The notes: a model not told the origin generated them from the letters alone. DNA of 64,000 nucleotides from a virus (IMGVR_UViG_3300021400_000057:1-64000); one strand, 5' to 3'. Shown: positions 18,466 through 29,224, counted from the first letter of the stretch. Made by a program: numbers and translations.

Positions 18466-19260
18466 ATGACGATTCCAGTTTCATTACAACAGATGAAGGA
18501 TAAGGGAGAAACCTTCTTCATCGAATTGTATGAGATTGCTTTGCGAACAGGAACAATTTACCTTGCCGCTTGCGACGAGGATATTGAGTTTAACGGGCAA
18601 ACCTATATAGCCGTCCCGTTTGAGCGCGGAGAAATCTCAAAGTCTATCGACCAAGTAACAGACCAATGCACTATCAGTATTGGTGATGTTGATGAAGATA
18701 GGCTTGCTTATATTATGAATGGCTTTGATTTTCGAGGGTGTGCGGCGGCAATTACGCGCATAGCATACCCCGATAGCCTAGAAACCAATCAAGGGTTTTA
18801 TGTGTTTGGTGGATACCTTGATAACCCTGCTTATGAGGACGGAGTGTTCTCTTGTACGATTAAGAGTTATTTCCCGAATATCCAAGCCCCTTCTCGTTCA
18901 TATCAACTATCGTGCAATAGCGCGTTTGGTGATTGCGTATGCGGTCAAAGCAAAGACAGGACAACGCTTAAAGTGACTGCCGTGCATACTGACGGCTCGT
19001 TCCGTGTAGGTAAGAGCTATGCCACTAATTACTGGAAGGACGGACTCGTATCAATCTCTGGTGAGTCTAGGCTTATCACTGGTTCTGACGATACTATAAT
19101 CCGTGTCAATTATGGTTTCATACAGGACAACCTTGTTGGCAAGACTGCGGTATTGGAGCGCGGCTGTGATAAAACCTATGAGACGTGCAAGAACCGCTAT
19201 AATAACCTGAAAAAATTTTCTGGCTTTCCAGCGATTCCGTTTGAAAGTCAATACAGATAA
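18466..19260 (+). CDS. Tail hub protein (gpL / DUF2163-BR0599-like)
   Basis: C-terminal GCDKTYETCKNRYNNLKKFSGFPAIP; CNSAFGDCVC Fe-S-type cysteines. Confidence 0.88.
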   Translation: MTIPVSLQQMKDKGETFFIELYEIALRTGTIYLAACDEDIEFNGQTYIAVPFERGEISKSIDQVTDQCTISIGDVDEDRLAYIMNGFDFRGCAAAITRIAYPDSLETNQGFYVFGGYLDNPAYEDGVFSCTIKSYFPNIQAPSRSYQLSCNSAFGDCVCGQSKDRTTLKVTAVHTDGSFRVGKSYATNYWKDGLVSISGESRLITGSDDTIIRVNYGFIQDNLVGKTAVLERGCDKTYETCKNRYNNLKKFSGFPAIPFESQYR

Positions 19261-19272
19261 GGGGGTGAAATC

Positions 19273-22242
19273 TTGGGTAAGGACGGTAAGAGAGGAAAGA
19301 CTACTTGGAGTCTTATTGGTTTTGTTATCGGCGCGGCTTTCTTCGGTGGTGTTGCTGGCTCTGCAATCAAAGCAGGACTTATGGGCGCGTCATTGTTTGG
19401 CACAATATGGACGGCGTTAAATAAGGATAACCAAAATAGAGACAACGGCTCAGCTACGGTAGCCCGTTTCAGTCGTTCGCAAGAAACGATGACATCCAAT
19501 GGTTCGATACCACTGGTGTATGGGTTAAGGCAAGTTACTGGTAACCAGACATACCACATGACCGATGCCGATGCCAACACTCTGTATAAACATATAGTAT
19601 TGTGTGAAGGCGGCATCAAAGGGATTCAAGGTTTGACTGCGAGTGATTTACTTGTCCCCGGCAATGGGTTTGACAATAACGTAGTATTTACAATTCAGAA
19701 TACGAAGTACGCAGATGCGAGAGTGTGGAAGGAAGGACAAACCTTAAACCTGTATTGTAACGGGAGCACAAAAAGTATCCACCTTTGCAATAAGAATGAC
19801 TTTGAGACAGAGAACGATGTAGAGTATTGGGAATGGCAAACATCAATCTCTGCCTTAATAGCGTACATTAACCGCCTACATCAAGGGTGGGAGTGCTTTC
19901 CTATTGCGACTACAAGTAAATACCCCGGCGACATTTCTATCGCCTACGCAAAGCGTGTGTTTGACAAACACTTAGTTAAAGGTGTGTCGGTTTCGCCCGA
20001 TGGCTCTCGTCATTCTGGGTATTTAGGTATCAACATCATTGCTCCGTCTGGCAAGGCTGTTGCGTTCAAGAGTAGTGACAACGTAACTATGTATTGCATG
20101 GCGGCTGTCAAGGATGATATTCCTGCATGGAGAGAGAAACTTGCACATAGCGATGACCCAGATTCTCTTGACGAATACCATTTCATCAAGAGTGGTAGTG
20201 GGGCTTGGTTTCGTGGACACGATGCTCAACCGGGCGAGTTAATCAATGATGCGAACCGTATTGATACTCAGATTGTTTGGGTATGGCGTGAAGAAAGTTC
20301 TTCGGTTTCATGCTATAAAAACCCTGCAATGGCAACCGCTGAAACCGTAACTGGCGGTACAAAGTACACGTTCCATGATGGAGCTTTGCCAAGTAACTAT
20401 ACAGAGGTTGGTGCGTATCCGAACATGGCATGGATAGAAATGACCTGCTGTGTTGCTGACGAGCTTAGTGGTAACCCGTCGATTTCTTGTGAGGTCTTTG
20501 GCAAGAAGGTATATGACACACGCACTGGTAAGACTGAATACAGTACGAATCCTGCAATGTGTTTGCGAGATTTCTTATTGTCGCCCGTATATGGTCTTGG
20601 AAACTTCCTCGATGCAAGTGACTTGGACGAGGATTCTTTTAAGGAAGCGGCTGACTACTGCGATGAAGTTATTGAGTTTGAAGCGTCTGACGATGTGATT
20701 TCACGGGCAAAGCGTTATGAATTGAATATCGTCATTGATTCCCAACGTAATGCTTGGGATTGGGTTAGCGATATTCTTGCTTCGTTTGGCGCGTACATTG
20801 TCATCACGCAAGGCAAGCTCATGTTGAAGATGGAGCGCGAAGCTCCAATCATCTATTCGTTTGACGAAACAAACTGTAGTGATTTGAAGATAGCTCCTAT
20901 CGAGCTAGAGCAAGTGCCGAATAGGTACGAGGTTAGCTTTGTTGACCCGTTGAATAATTGGGATGCGGTTAAAGCAATCGTGGAAGATTCCGCTGACCAG
21001 CATACGAGAGGCAAGATAATCACGAAGGACGTACAGCTTGAAGGTGTCACTTCGCAGAACCAAGCATTGCGCTTGGCGCGGTTCTATCGTGATTATAATG
21101 CGTCGTGCGTTATCAATGTGTCATTCAAGACTGGCTATCAAGCATTGCATTTACAACCGGGCGACGTGGTGAAGCTCACTTATAAATGTTTTGCAGATTT
21201 TCCATTGCGTATCAATGAGATTCGAGAGGATGCAGAGGGCGGTTTTGAAATTACTGGTCGCCAATACAATCCAACGATTTATAATGATACGCTTGGCGCT
21301 CCGCTTAGAGCGTATAACTATGCTACGAAAGACGTGCCGCTTGGCTCTGTTCCTAATGTCATCAACCTTGCTTTCAAGCAATTCTTCTACACAGATAGCA
21401 ACGGCACGATTCATAACGAAATACAGGGAACATGGACACCGCCACCGCAATACGATTACGTTAAGGAGTTTGCCATTTACAAGAAGTCCAACGACGGACA
21501 GTGGGTTCATTTGCTGAATACCAGCGGCACATCGTTTAAGACTAATGTAATGATTGGTGATGTTGTCCAGTTCAAAGTGTGTACTGTCAGCACGAATGAT
21601 GATATGTCGAGTGGTGTTATTTCCCGTGAAATGGAAATTGACGGTATCGACCATCCGCCCGATGACGTTTCTGGGTTGGTAGCGGACTACAAGGACGGTC
21701 AATTACATATCACTTGGGATAAGAGTACCGAGCTTGATTTTAAGCAGTATATCGTGGCTGTAAACGGTTCACTTTTTACTACTACAAACACTTCCATAGA
21801 TGCCCCTGCTGTCGATGGGACGAATAACATCTCTATCAAGGCAGAGGATTTCGGCGGCAATCAGTCTAATGAGGTTTCGATGAAGCTGGATTTAGACCTT
21901 GCACCAACCAATGTAATGAAGTTCAATGCTGTATATTCTGGTAATTACGTTGTTCTGTCATGGCTTCCCTCTGATAGAGCAGAGTATTATAAGATAGGCG
22001 GCGCAACGTATAAAGAAGTGTATGGTGGGTGTAGCTTACTCATTCCAGTTACGACAACAGGAATGTACTCGTATACCATTAAGGCTGTCAACAGCTTTGG
22101 CGAAAGCGATGTATCCGAGTGTTCGGTAGTGGTTTCCTCTATCGAAGAACGAAATACCGTTACGACGGTAAATCTTTTGAGTGACCTTACTTGCGACGAT
22201 GCTTGTAAGATTGAAGATGGTTCCCTAGTTTTGATTCCATAA
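19273..22242 (+). CDS. Tail tip / host-specificity protein (gpJ-like) with fibronectin III domains
   Basis: IPLVYG, GKKVYDTRT, YSTNPAMCLRDFL and PNRYEVSFVDP motifs; FN3 repeats (PPDDVSGL, PTNVMKF). Confidence 0.9.
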   Translation: MGKDGKRGKTTWSLIGFVIGAAFFGGVAGSAIKAGLMGASLFGTIWTALNKDNQNRDNGSATVARFSRSQETMTSNGSIPLVYGLRQVTGNQTYHMTDADANTLYKHIVLCEGGIKGIQGLTASDLLVPGNGFDNNVVFTIQNTKYADARVWKEGQTLNLYCNGSTKSIHLCNKNDFETENDVEYWEWQTSISALIAYINRLHQGWECFPIATTSKYPGDISIAYAKRVFDKHLVKGVSVSPDGSRHSGYLGINIIAPSGKAVAFKSSDNVTMYCMAAVKDDIPAWREKLAHSDDPDSLDEYHFIKSGSGAWFRGHDAQPGELINDANRIDTQIVWVWREESSSVSCYKNPAMATAETVTGGTKYTFHDGALPSNYTEVGAYPNMAWIEMTCCVADELSGNPSISCEVFGKKVYDTRTGKTEYSTNPAMCLRDFLLSPVYGLGNFLDASDLDEDSFKEAADYCDEVIEFEASDDVISRAKRYELNIVIDSQRNAWDWVSDILASFGAYIVITQGKLMLKMEREAPIIYSFDETNCSDLKIAPIELEQVPNRYEVSFVDPLNNWDAVKAIVEDSADQHTRGKIITKDVQLEGVTSQNQALRLARFYRDYNASCVINVSFKTGYQALHLQPGDVVKLTYKCFADFPLRINEIREDAEGGFEITGRQYNPTIYNDTLGAPLRAYNYATKDVPLGSVPNVINLAFKQFFYTDSNGTIHNEIQGTWTPPPQYDYVKEFAIYKKSNDGQWVHLLNTSGTSFKTNVMIGDVVQFKVCTVSTNDDMSSGVISREMEIDGIDHPPDDVSGLVADYKDGQLHITWDKSTELDFKQYIVAVNGSLFTTTNTSIDAPAVDGTNNISIKAEDFGGNQSNEVSMKLDLDLAPTNVMKFNAVYSGNYVVLSWLPSDRAEYYKIGGATYKEVYGGCSLLIPVTTTGMYSYTIKAVNSFGESDVSECSVVVSSIEERNTVTTVNLLSDLTCDDACKIEDGSLVLIP

Positions 22243-22260
22243 AAGAAAGGAAGATGCGAT

Positions 22261-22710
22261 ATGGCAAATTATTTGAAGGCTTACATGGGTTCTGTAACGA
22301 ATGGTGCGAAGGACGGTACGGAGATTAGTTCCGAACATACCATGACGAACCCCATTTCTGTGATTCTTGATTCTGCAAAGTCGGAAACGAAGTGTGTCAA
22401 GTGTGCTGTACGTTGCGATACTGGATACAAGACAAGTGGAGCAACGACGATTTGTTTCATGTATTGGGATGGAACTGCGTATAAAACTACTGGTGGTTCG
22501 ATTGATAAGTTCAAGGTTGCAGAGGATAATGGTTACACGCAGGACAATGTTGAAAACAACGCAAGCTGGCAGGACTCCATCAGTATCAATGACGAGATTG
22601 GCGACACGAATAAGGTGTTCTGGATTAAGGTGGCAAGCGAGGAAGATGAGACTCCTGCTCAATATACTGACGTTGCATTGACTATTAAAGGCATTGTTGT
22701 GGAGGGATAA
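22261..22710 (+). CDS. Tail-associated structural protein
   Basis: 149 aa beta-rich protein with RBS, between tip and fibre genes. Confidence 0.7.
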   Translation: MANYLKAYMGSVTNGAKDGTEISSEHTMTNPISVILDSAKSETKCVKCAVRCDTGYKTSGATTICFMYWDGTAYKTTGGSIDKFKVAEDNGYTQDNVENNASWQDSISINDEIGDTNKVFWIKVASEEDETPAQYTDVALTIKGIVVEG

Positions 22711-22713
22711 GCT

Positions 22714-25700
22714 GTGGAGCGTTCTATTGGTTCATGGCGTTATGAAGACCCCGGCGATGGTCGGTTGCTTTCTGTTGATAAAACAGTAGCGCGTTGTAAC
22801 TTTGCGTCGCGTACTGGTGTTGCGTTCTTTCAGACACAGAGAATACCGTGCTTTAATATTCCAGAGTTGGAGTCGGCAAAAGAAGTTTGGATAAAGTTTG
22901 ACGCATATTTATATCATCCAAGTGATAGTAAGAGTGCAGTAATTCGTTGTTATGATGAAACAAGCGGGCAGACTGGTCTTGCTATAAACCCATATCGTTA
23001 CGTTGGTTCAAATTGTGTTAATGTTTGGGTTAATGGTACTGCCATTAAAAATGAAAGTCGTACATTTTTTGGCTTCCATTCTATCAAAATTCATCTTGTA
23101 TCAGATGCAACGAATGGTTTAATGGAAGTGTTTTTGGATAACAATACTCCGTACTTTACTTATAAAGGCAATGTAAACAATGGCAACCTATTTACTAAGC
23201 TCTATATTCAGTGCGATAGGAAGTATGTCCTTGTAAGTAATTTGATTATTGGTAGCGATGATATTGATATACATGAGCTTGTACCATACGAGGCTAAACC
23301 ATATAGATATGTCAATCTTGGTACGGCAGATGGATTGACTGTTGCTGGTACGACTGTTGAATCTACCGAATATTCAAGGACGGGTACGGCATTTTATCAG
23401 ACGCAACGTGTTGGTTGTTTTGGCGTACCAATGATGGATGAGGTATGGATTAAATTCGACCTTTATCATAAGGCAGGAACAAGTAGATTTCGTTGCTATG
23501 TAAATCCTGATAGCACTTCTGGGATTTGTCTATCGCAAAATACATCAAGTATAATTGCTATATTTCACAACAATGTAAGTACAAGTTCTAACGTAGATTG
23601 TGTTAAAGCAAATACGATTCAAACTTATATTGTTCATATTGCTTCTGGTTATCGGAGGCGTGGAGTGTATGGGTATGTTGTCGAATATTATGTAGATGGT
23701 GTGTTGAAAAAGAGTTATACTCCTACGAATATAATACCACCATTAGAGGGGCTATATTTACAATCGGATGACGAGAATAATTTATTTTCTAATATTGTTA
23801 TTGCAAGTACAAAAGACGCTTTAGAAGATGCACAAGTTGGGGCATTTGAATTTCATGCTGATATACAACGGACATCTGCTCGTTATTGGCGATATGAAAA
23901 TGCTGGCATTATAGAAGCGTTCCCTGCTTCCGAGAATTTGTCACAGTACGGAAGGAATGTGCGTTGTAATTTTGCCTCTCGTACAGGAGTAGGTTTTTAT
24001 ATTACGCAAACTTTTTCTTTGCTTCCAGTCGTGCAAGAAAAAGAGTTGTGGGTAAAGTTTGATATATATGCAGGGAAAAGTTCGCGTACAGGCAATACGA
24101 CTGAAAGTTATTGTATTCGTTGTTTTGATTGGGAGAACAGGACTGGTATAGTAATTAAGCCAAATAGTACGATAGAAATGTATATAAACGATAACCGAGT
24201 AACTTATTATTCTCCTCAAATCTGGGGCTTTCATAGTATTAAACTACATTATGTCTCTAATAAAACCAATGGCTTGTTTGAGGTATATTTGGATAGCGAT
24301 GATGTACGGTATTACAGCTATAAAGGTAATGTTTGTAATGGCAATGTCTTAAAGAATTTTTACTTTCAGAGCGATGATAATAGAGGAATTTTTAGTAATG
24401 TCATTATTAGTACATTTGAGCCTAGTGTAAATGAGGTTGTCCCATATAATAAAGGATTGTATTCATATACAAATAAAGGCGAAATAGATGCGTATATGAC
24501 GAATGGTGTGGTTGTTGAAACGCCTACAAAATCAAGGACAGGTACAGCATTTTATCAACCAGAGTGGAAGATAGGGCTTAATCTACCAGAAATGGACGAG
24601 ATGTGGGTACAGTTTGACTTGTATCATCATGGAACTCGTTTTTGGGCAGAAGCGGCTTCGATTGGTAACAAAGAAACGATGCGTGTTACGGGTGTATGTA
24701 TAAAGAAGGATACAGTTAATACCTTAATACCCGTAATAGAAGACCGTGCTTGGTCACTGTCGAAGAATATTCAAGAAGATAAGATTCAGACATATTTGCT
24801 TCATTTGGTGTCTGGTGCTAACGATGGTAAGGTAGAAGTTTGGGTAGATGATGTAAAGCAGTTTGTTGAATACCAAACAGGCTTTGTTACACCTTCATTC
24901 CAAGGATTCCTGTTCTATTCTAAGACTGACGACAACTTGTTTTCTAATATTGCTATTTCAGATAAGCGAGAGAATTTGGCACTCGATGTGTATAATGTAG
25001 AGTATCACGCAGATATAAGTTGTGAGATTAAATCCTCTAAACATGAAGTCGATGAACATTTTGATATTATGCGAGAGTTGATTGAGCTTACGAAAAGTCA
25101 TCACTTTGATATATTACGCAATGTTCAGCAGAGCTTTGAGCAACATAGCGATATAAAACGTCGTATTGTTGGTAGCGATTACACATTAGCTCATTATGAG
25201 AATCGTGGCTATACTGATTATAGCTATGCTGTTAATATGTTGTGTCGGTCAACTTCTAGGACTGGCGTTGGCATGACGCATGATGTGTGGCAATTTCCCG
25301 GTTGGGATGCAGATGTATGCCATGTTAATTCAAACGAGATGTGGGTAAAGATTGATGTGTTTGCATGGGATGAACGGACACTGTGTCAACCGTCTATCGA
25401 AATTAGTTTTCATACGGAAAATTCTTATTGTAAAACATCCGTGTTGCTCTGTGCTGTAAAAGGCTCTATTCGAGCAGGAGTTGAGTTATGGCGATATAAG
25501 GACGGTACTACTCCTTCTATGCAATATGATATGGATAAGTATATTGGATTCCATACTATAAAGGCTCATGTAATTACCGACAAAACAAATGGAGTCATCG
25601 AGTGTTTCCTTGATAATAGTGCCACTCCGTGCTGTGTGTTTCATGGCGATGTCTGTGAAGGCGAAATTATTAAGACTATCAGCGTATTTGGTAATTACTT

Positions 25701-28700
25701 TGTTACTATTAGTAATATGATTGTTGACGCAGTTTCAATAGACTCTGATGACGTAGTTGCTTATGACGGTAACAATGAATTTGCTTGGTCTAGTGAAGGT
25801 AGAATAGAGGATTTGAATAACAATCCTATCGTACTTATTGACAATGGTGTTTTTACTGGTGGCGTAGCAAGCGAAAAAACAATCACGGTTGCTGGCTCAA
25901 CAGTTGTGGATGCTACGAAATCGCATACTGGTGTTGCATTTTACCAAACTCAACAGGATGCTAATTGCGTGAGTATGCCAGTCGTTGACGAAATGTGGGT
26001 GCAGTTTGACTTATATCATCATGGAACAACATACTTCTCTTGCTTCATAAGTCCAGATAGTGACGCAACCAATGGTAGTGGAGTTGGTTCTGAACCATGT
26101 CGCAACTTTGGTATTCGTCTAAAGGATGGAACATCGGATAAGATAGAGGTAATTATTGGTAAATGGATTTTAACAACTGTCGATATTGTACCAGATACGA
26201 TTCAGACATATCGTATGCACGTTATGGCTTACGCAGAGAGTGCAAGGATTAAGTTATGGATAGACGGGGAACAAGTAGCATACCGTGGAATTGACCGTGG
26301 CGTTGGTTACTTTGCAAGTCCATGTTTCTATTCTTCTAACGCTGATAACTTATTCTCAAATGTCACAGTTTCTAATAACGAAGAAGCCGTAAATTCTTTT
26401 GTCATACATCGTAGGTTTGAAGAACATTTTGATATTATGCGAGAGTTGATTGAGCTTACGAAAAGCCATCACTTTGATATATTACGCGATGTCCAGTATG
26501 GCTTTGAACACCACAACGATATAAAACGTCGTATTGTTGGTAGTGATTATGCATTAACTCATTATGAGAATCGTGGTTATACTGACGAGAGTTATGCTGT
26601 AAATTTGCTGTGTCGGTCAACTTCAAGAACTTGCGTTGGGATGTCGTATTTTATATTAAATGGTATGCGGTATATCCCACTTCTTGATATGGATGTACGT
26701 CCTGCGAATACGAAGGAAATGTGGGTAAAGTTTGATGTGTTCGCATGGGACGACAGGTCATCCTATCAACCGTGGGTTGATGTCCAGTTTTACACAGAAA
26801 ACTCTAATTGTATAACAACAACGTATTTCTGTGCTGTAAAAAATCCAATCAAAGCAGGAGTTCAAATAGCGCGGTATGAAGATGGTATTGACTCTGCCGC
26901 TGAGTATAGTATGGATAAGTACATCGGTTTCCATACTGTAAAAGTCCATGTGATTGCTAGTAAGTCAACTGGCGTAATTGAATGTTTCCTTGATAACAGC
27001 ATTACTCCATGTTGTGTGTTCAATGGTAGTGTTTGTGAAGGCGAGAATATTGAACTTATTAGAGTGTCTGGTCATAACGCTGTCACAATAAGCAATATAA
27101 TTGCTGATACATTTGAGGTAGACACCAACGAGGTAATTGCCTCGGATGGCAGAAATAAATTCGCGTGGTCTACCGAAGGCATGGTAGAGGATTTGGACAA
27201 TAATACTATCACGCTTATCAACAATGGTGTTGCTACTAGCGGTATGGTGCAGACAGGTATATTGAGAGTTGCTGGTTCGACGGTCAGTGACAATACAAAG
27301 TCACGCACTGGCGTTGGATTTTACCAAACTCAACAGAAAATGAATTGTGTACCTATGCCAGTTGTTGATGAAATGTGGGTACAGTTTGACTTGTATCATC
27401 ATGGGACGACGGATTTCTCTTGCTTCGTAAGTCCAAATAGTGATAACGCTATTGGTGTTCGTCGAAAGAGTGATGCGTCGGACAAGATAGAAATAGTTAT
27501 TGGTACATCAGTTTTGACGACTATTGATATTGTGCCAGATACGATTCAAACATATCGTATGTACGTTATAGCCAATGCAGAAAGTACGAAGATTAAATTG
27601 TGGATAGACGGGGAACAAGTAGCATATCATGGGGTTAGTCGTGGTGTTGGTTACTTTACGAGTCCGTGCTTCTATTCTCCTAACTCCGATAACCTATTCT
27701 CAAATGTCATGGTTTCTAATAATGAGGAAGCAGTAAACTCTTTTGCCATACATCGTAGGTTTGAAGAACACTTCGATATAAGTAGAGAGGTTATAGACGG
27801 AGGCACTCAAAATATAATTCAAAATCATTTTGATATAAGCCGCGAAGTAGAGTTTGTAAAGCCCCCGCATAAGCTGTGGCGTTATGAAAACCCCGGCGTT
27901 ATTGACGGTGAGTGGGGTACGAGTTCTGATAAACAGTATTGGAGTGACAGGCATTTATTTGAAATACATGGCGCTGTATCCAAGACTGGTACGGCTATCG
28001 CGCAGAAAAACCCAGACGCTTACCCTCATCTATACTTTAAGCTACCGGATGAAGCGAAGTATTTTGATGAATTGTGGGTAAAGTTTGACTGGTGTATTTG
28101 CGCTCACGGCGGTTATGAGTTTCCGTATCTTTGGATGAGTGGTTATGCTATTGACATAAATGGAGCTTCTAATTTAAGGAATGTATCGGAAGATGGAGAG
28201 GTACTTATAGCCCCTGATGGTAGGAGCATACCAGCGCGTGTTCCTCCTAATAATAATCCGTATGAGGACGATACTACATGGGTAGATACAACGATTCCAT
28301 TTAGCGTTCATACATTGATGCTCCATTATGCCTTTGATTATACGGATGGCTTGTTTGAGGCTTATCTTGATGACGATAGTGTGCCAATATACAGTGCAAG
28401 TGGTCGTATGCGTCCGATTGATGAAGTCACTATGGAAATAGCTGATATAGGTATTAGTAACATAGTTATCAGCAACGAGAAAGTGGACTTCAATGAAGTT
28501 ATTGGACGTGTTCATATTCCTAATACAGAAGGTGTAGCAACGCACAAAACTATTGACTTGGAGAAGGAATTGACCGTTGGCATTGGTATCAGTATTGAGG
28601 GCGAAGGATATGCCATGATACGGACTGCTGGCGAAGATGGTCATTATACTGCATGGGAAAATTATATTCCTTGTGAACGCCTGTGCCGATACATTGATGT

Positions 28701-28977
28701 ACGGCTTCATGTGCGTAATAAGATTACAAGCGCGACGTTGACGGTTGATAAGCGCACAGTAAGCAAAACGATTTCCAAACATTTAACGGCAGGAGATAAC
28801 ACTGTGGAATATGGTGAAGTGTTCTATAATATCCCTGCTGTGATTCCTACTGCTATTGGTGACGGTGTGACGGCTCACGTTATCAGTAAAGATACGGGGT
28901 CGTGTGTTATCAAAATTACTGATAATAATAATAACGCCGTCGAGGGCGATGTAGATATTTTGATACGGGGGTGGTAA
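22714..28977 (+). CDS. Giant modular tail fibre / receptor-binding protein with about nine lectin (LamG)-like modules
   Basis: 2087 aa; recurring YxNxG...SRTGxxF...ExWVxFD...LFSN module; C-terminus resembles tail-tip C-termini. Confidence 0.8.
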   Translation: MERSIGSWRYEDPGDGRLLSVDKTVARCNFASRTGVAFFQTQRIPCFNIPELESAKEVWIKFDAYLYHPSDSKSAVIRCYDETSGQTGLAINPYRYVGSNCVNVWVNGTAIKNESRTFFGFHSIKIHLVSDATNGLMEVFLDNNTPYFTYKGNVNNGNLFTKLYIQCDRKYVLVSNLIIGSDDIDIHELVPYEAKPYRYVNLGTADGLTVAGTTVESTEYSRTGTAFYQTQRVGCFGVPMMDEVWIKFDLYHKAGTSRFRCYVNPDSTSGICLSQNTSSIIAIFHNNVSTSSNVDCVKANTIQTYIVHIASGYRRRGVYGYVVEYYVDGVLKKSYTPTNIIPPLEGLYLQSDDENNLFSNIVIASTKDALEDAQVGAFEFHADIQRTSARYWRYENAGIIEAFPASENLSQYGRNVRCNFASRTGVGFYITQTFSLLPVVQEKELWVKFDIYAGKSSRTGNTTESYCIRCFDWENRTGIVIKPNSTIEMYINDNRVTYYSPQIWGFHSIKLHYVSNKTNGLFEVYLDSDDVRYYSYKGNVCNGNVLKNFYFQSDDNRGIFSNVIISTFEPSVNEVVPYNKGLYSYTNKGEIDAYMTNGVVVETPTKSRTGTAFYQPEWKIGLNLPEMDEMWVQFDLYHHGTRFWAEAASIGNKETMRVTGVCIKKDTVNTLIPVIEDRAWSLSKNIQEDKIQTYLLHLVSGANDGKVEVWVDDVKQFVEYQTGFVTPSFQGFLFYSKTDDNLFSNIAISDKRENLALDVYNVEYHADISCEIKSSKHEVDEHFDIMRELIELTKSHHFDILRNVQQSFEQHSDIKRRIVGSDYTLAHYENRGYTDYSYAVNMLCRSTSRTGVGMTHDVWQFPGWDADVCHVNSNEMWVKIDVFAWDERTLCQPSIEISFHTENSYCKTSVLLCAVKGSIRAGVELWRYKDGTTPSMQYDMDKYIGFHTIKAHVITDKTNGVIECFLDNSATPCCVFHGDVCEGEIIKTISVFGNYFVTISNMIVDAVSIDSDDVVAYDGNNEFAWSSEGRIEDLNNNPIVLIDNGVFTGGVASEKTITVAGSTVVDATKSHTGVAFYQTQQDANCVSMPVVDEMWVQFDLYHHGTTYFSCFISPDSDATNGSGVGSEPCRNFGIRLKDGTSDKIEVIIGKWILTTVDIVPDTIQTYRMHVMAYAESARIKLWIDGEQVAYRGIDRGVGYFASPCFYSSNADNLFSNVTVSNNEEAVNSFVIHRRFEEHFDIMRELIELTKSHHFDILRDVQYGFEHHNDIKRRIVGSDYALTHYENRGYTDESYAVNLLCRSTSRTCVGMSYFILNGMRYIPLLDMDVRPANTKEMWVKFDVFAWDDRSSYQPWVDVQFYTENSNCITTTYFCAVKNPIKAGVQIARYEDGIDSAAEYSMDKYIGFHTVKVHVIASKSTGVIECFLDNSITPCCVFNGSVCEGENIELIRVSGHNAVTISNIIADTFEVDTNEVIASDGRNKFAWSTEGMVEDLDNNTITLINNGVATSGMVQTGILRVAGSTVSDNTKSRTGVGFYQTQQKMNCVPMPVVDEMWVQFDLYHHGTTDFSCFVSPNSDNAIGVRRKSDASDKIEIVIGTSVLTTIDIVPDTIQTYRMYVIANAESTKIKLWIDGEQVAYHGVSRGVGYFTSPCFYSPNSDNLFSNVMVSNNEEAVNSFAIHRRFEEHFDISREVIDGGTQNIIQNHFDISREVEFVKPPHKLWRYENPGVIDGEWGTSSDKQYWSDRHLFEIHGAVSKTGTAIAQKNPDAYPHLYFKLPDEAKYFDELWVKFDWCICAHGGYEFPYLWMSGYAIDINGASNLRNVSEDGEVLIAPDGRSIPARVPPNNNPYEDDTTWVDTTIPFSVHTLMLHYAFDYTDGLFEAYLDDDSVPIYSASGRMRPIDEVTMEIADIGISNIVISNEKVDFNEVIGRVHIPNTEGVATHKTIDLEKELTVGIGISIEGEGYAMIRTAGEDGHYTAWENYIPCERLCRYIDVRLHVRNKITSATLTVDKRTVSKTISKHLTAGDNTVEYGEVFYNIPAVIPTAIGDGVTAHVISKDTGSCVIKITDNNNNAVEGDVDILIRGW
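25054..27765 (+). repeat. About 1.35-kb diverged tandem duplication inside the fibre gene
   Basis: GAACATTTTGATATTATGCGAGAGTTGATTGAGCTTACGAAAAG at 25054 and 26422; a third linker start at 27766. Confidence 0.9.
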
Positions 28978-28978
28978 G

Positions 28979-29224
28979 GTGAATGATGAACAGGTTATGA
29001 AACTTATGGATAAGTTGTCCGAGTTATCAGAGCGTATCGCCCGTGTCGAAACAATGCTTCGTGAACGTGCATCAGAGCTTGAAGAAATCAACTGCATCCT
29101 AAAGCAACACAATGACCGTATTGCTGTGCTGGAACAGAACAAAGCTAGTATGCGCGAAATCATTGGCTTTATCGGCTGGGCAATAGCTATGCTGGTTGCG
29201 ATTTGGAGTGTGATAGCTAAATGA
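28979..29224 (+). CDS. XhlA-like holin/hemolysin-family protein
   Basis: N-terminal coiled coil plus C-terminal TM helix (IIGFIGWAIAMLVAIWSVI). Confidence 0.65.
   Translation: MNDEQVMKLMDKLSELSERIARVETMLRERASELEEINCILKQHNDRIAVLEQNKASMREIIGFIGWAIAMLVAIWSVIAK

Noticed and set aside
25054-27765. Possible DGR template/variable repeat in the fibre gene
   Set aside because: No reverse transcriptase is in the window, and differences between copies involve all bases and many synonymous sites, not only adenines.
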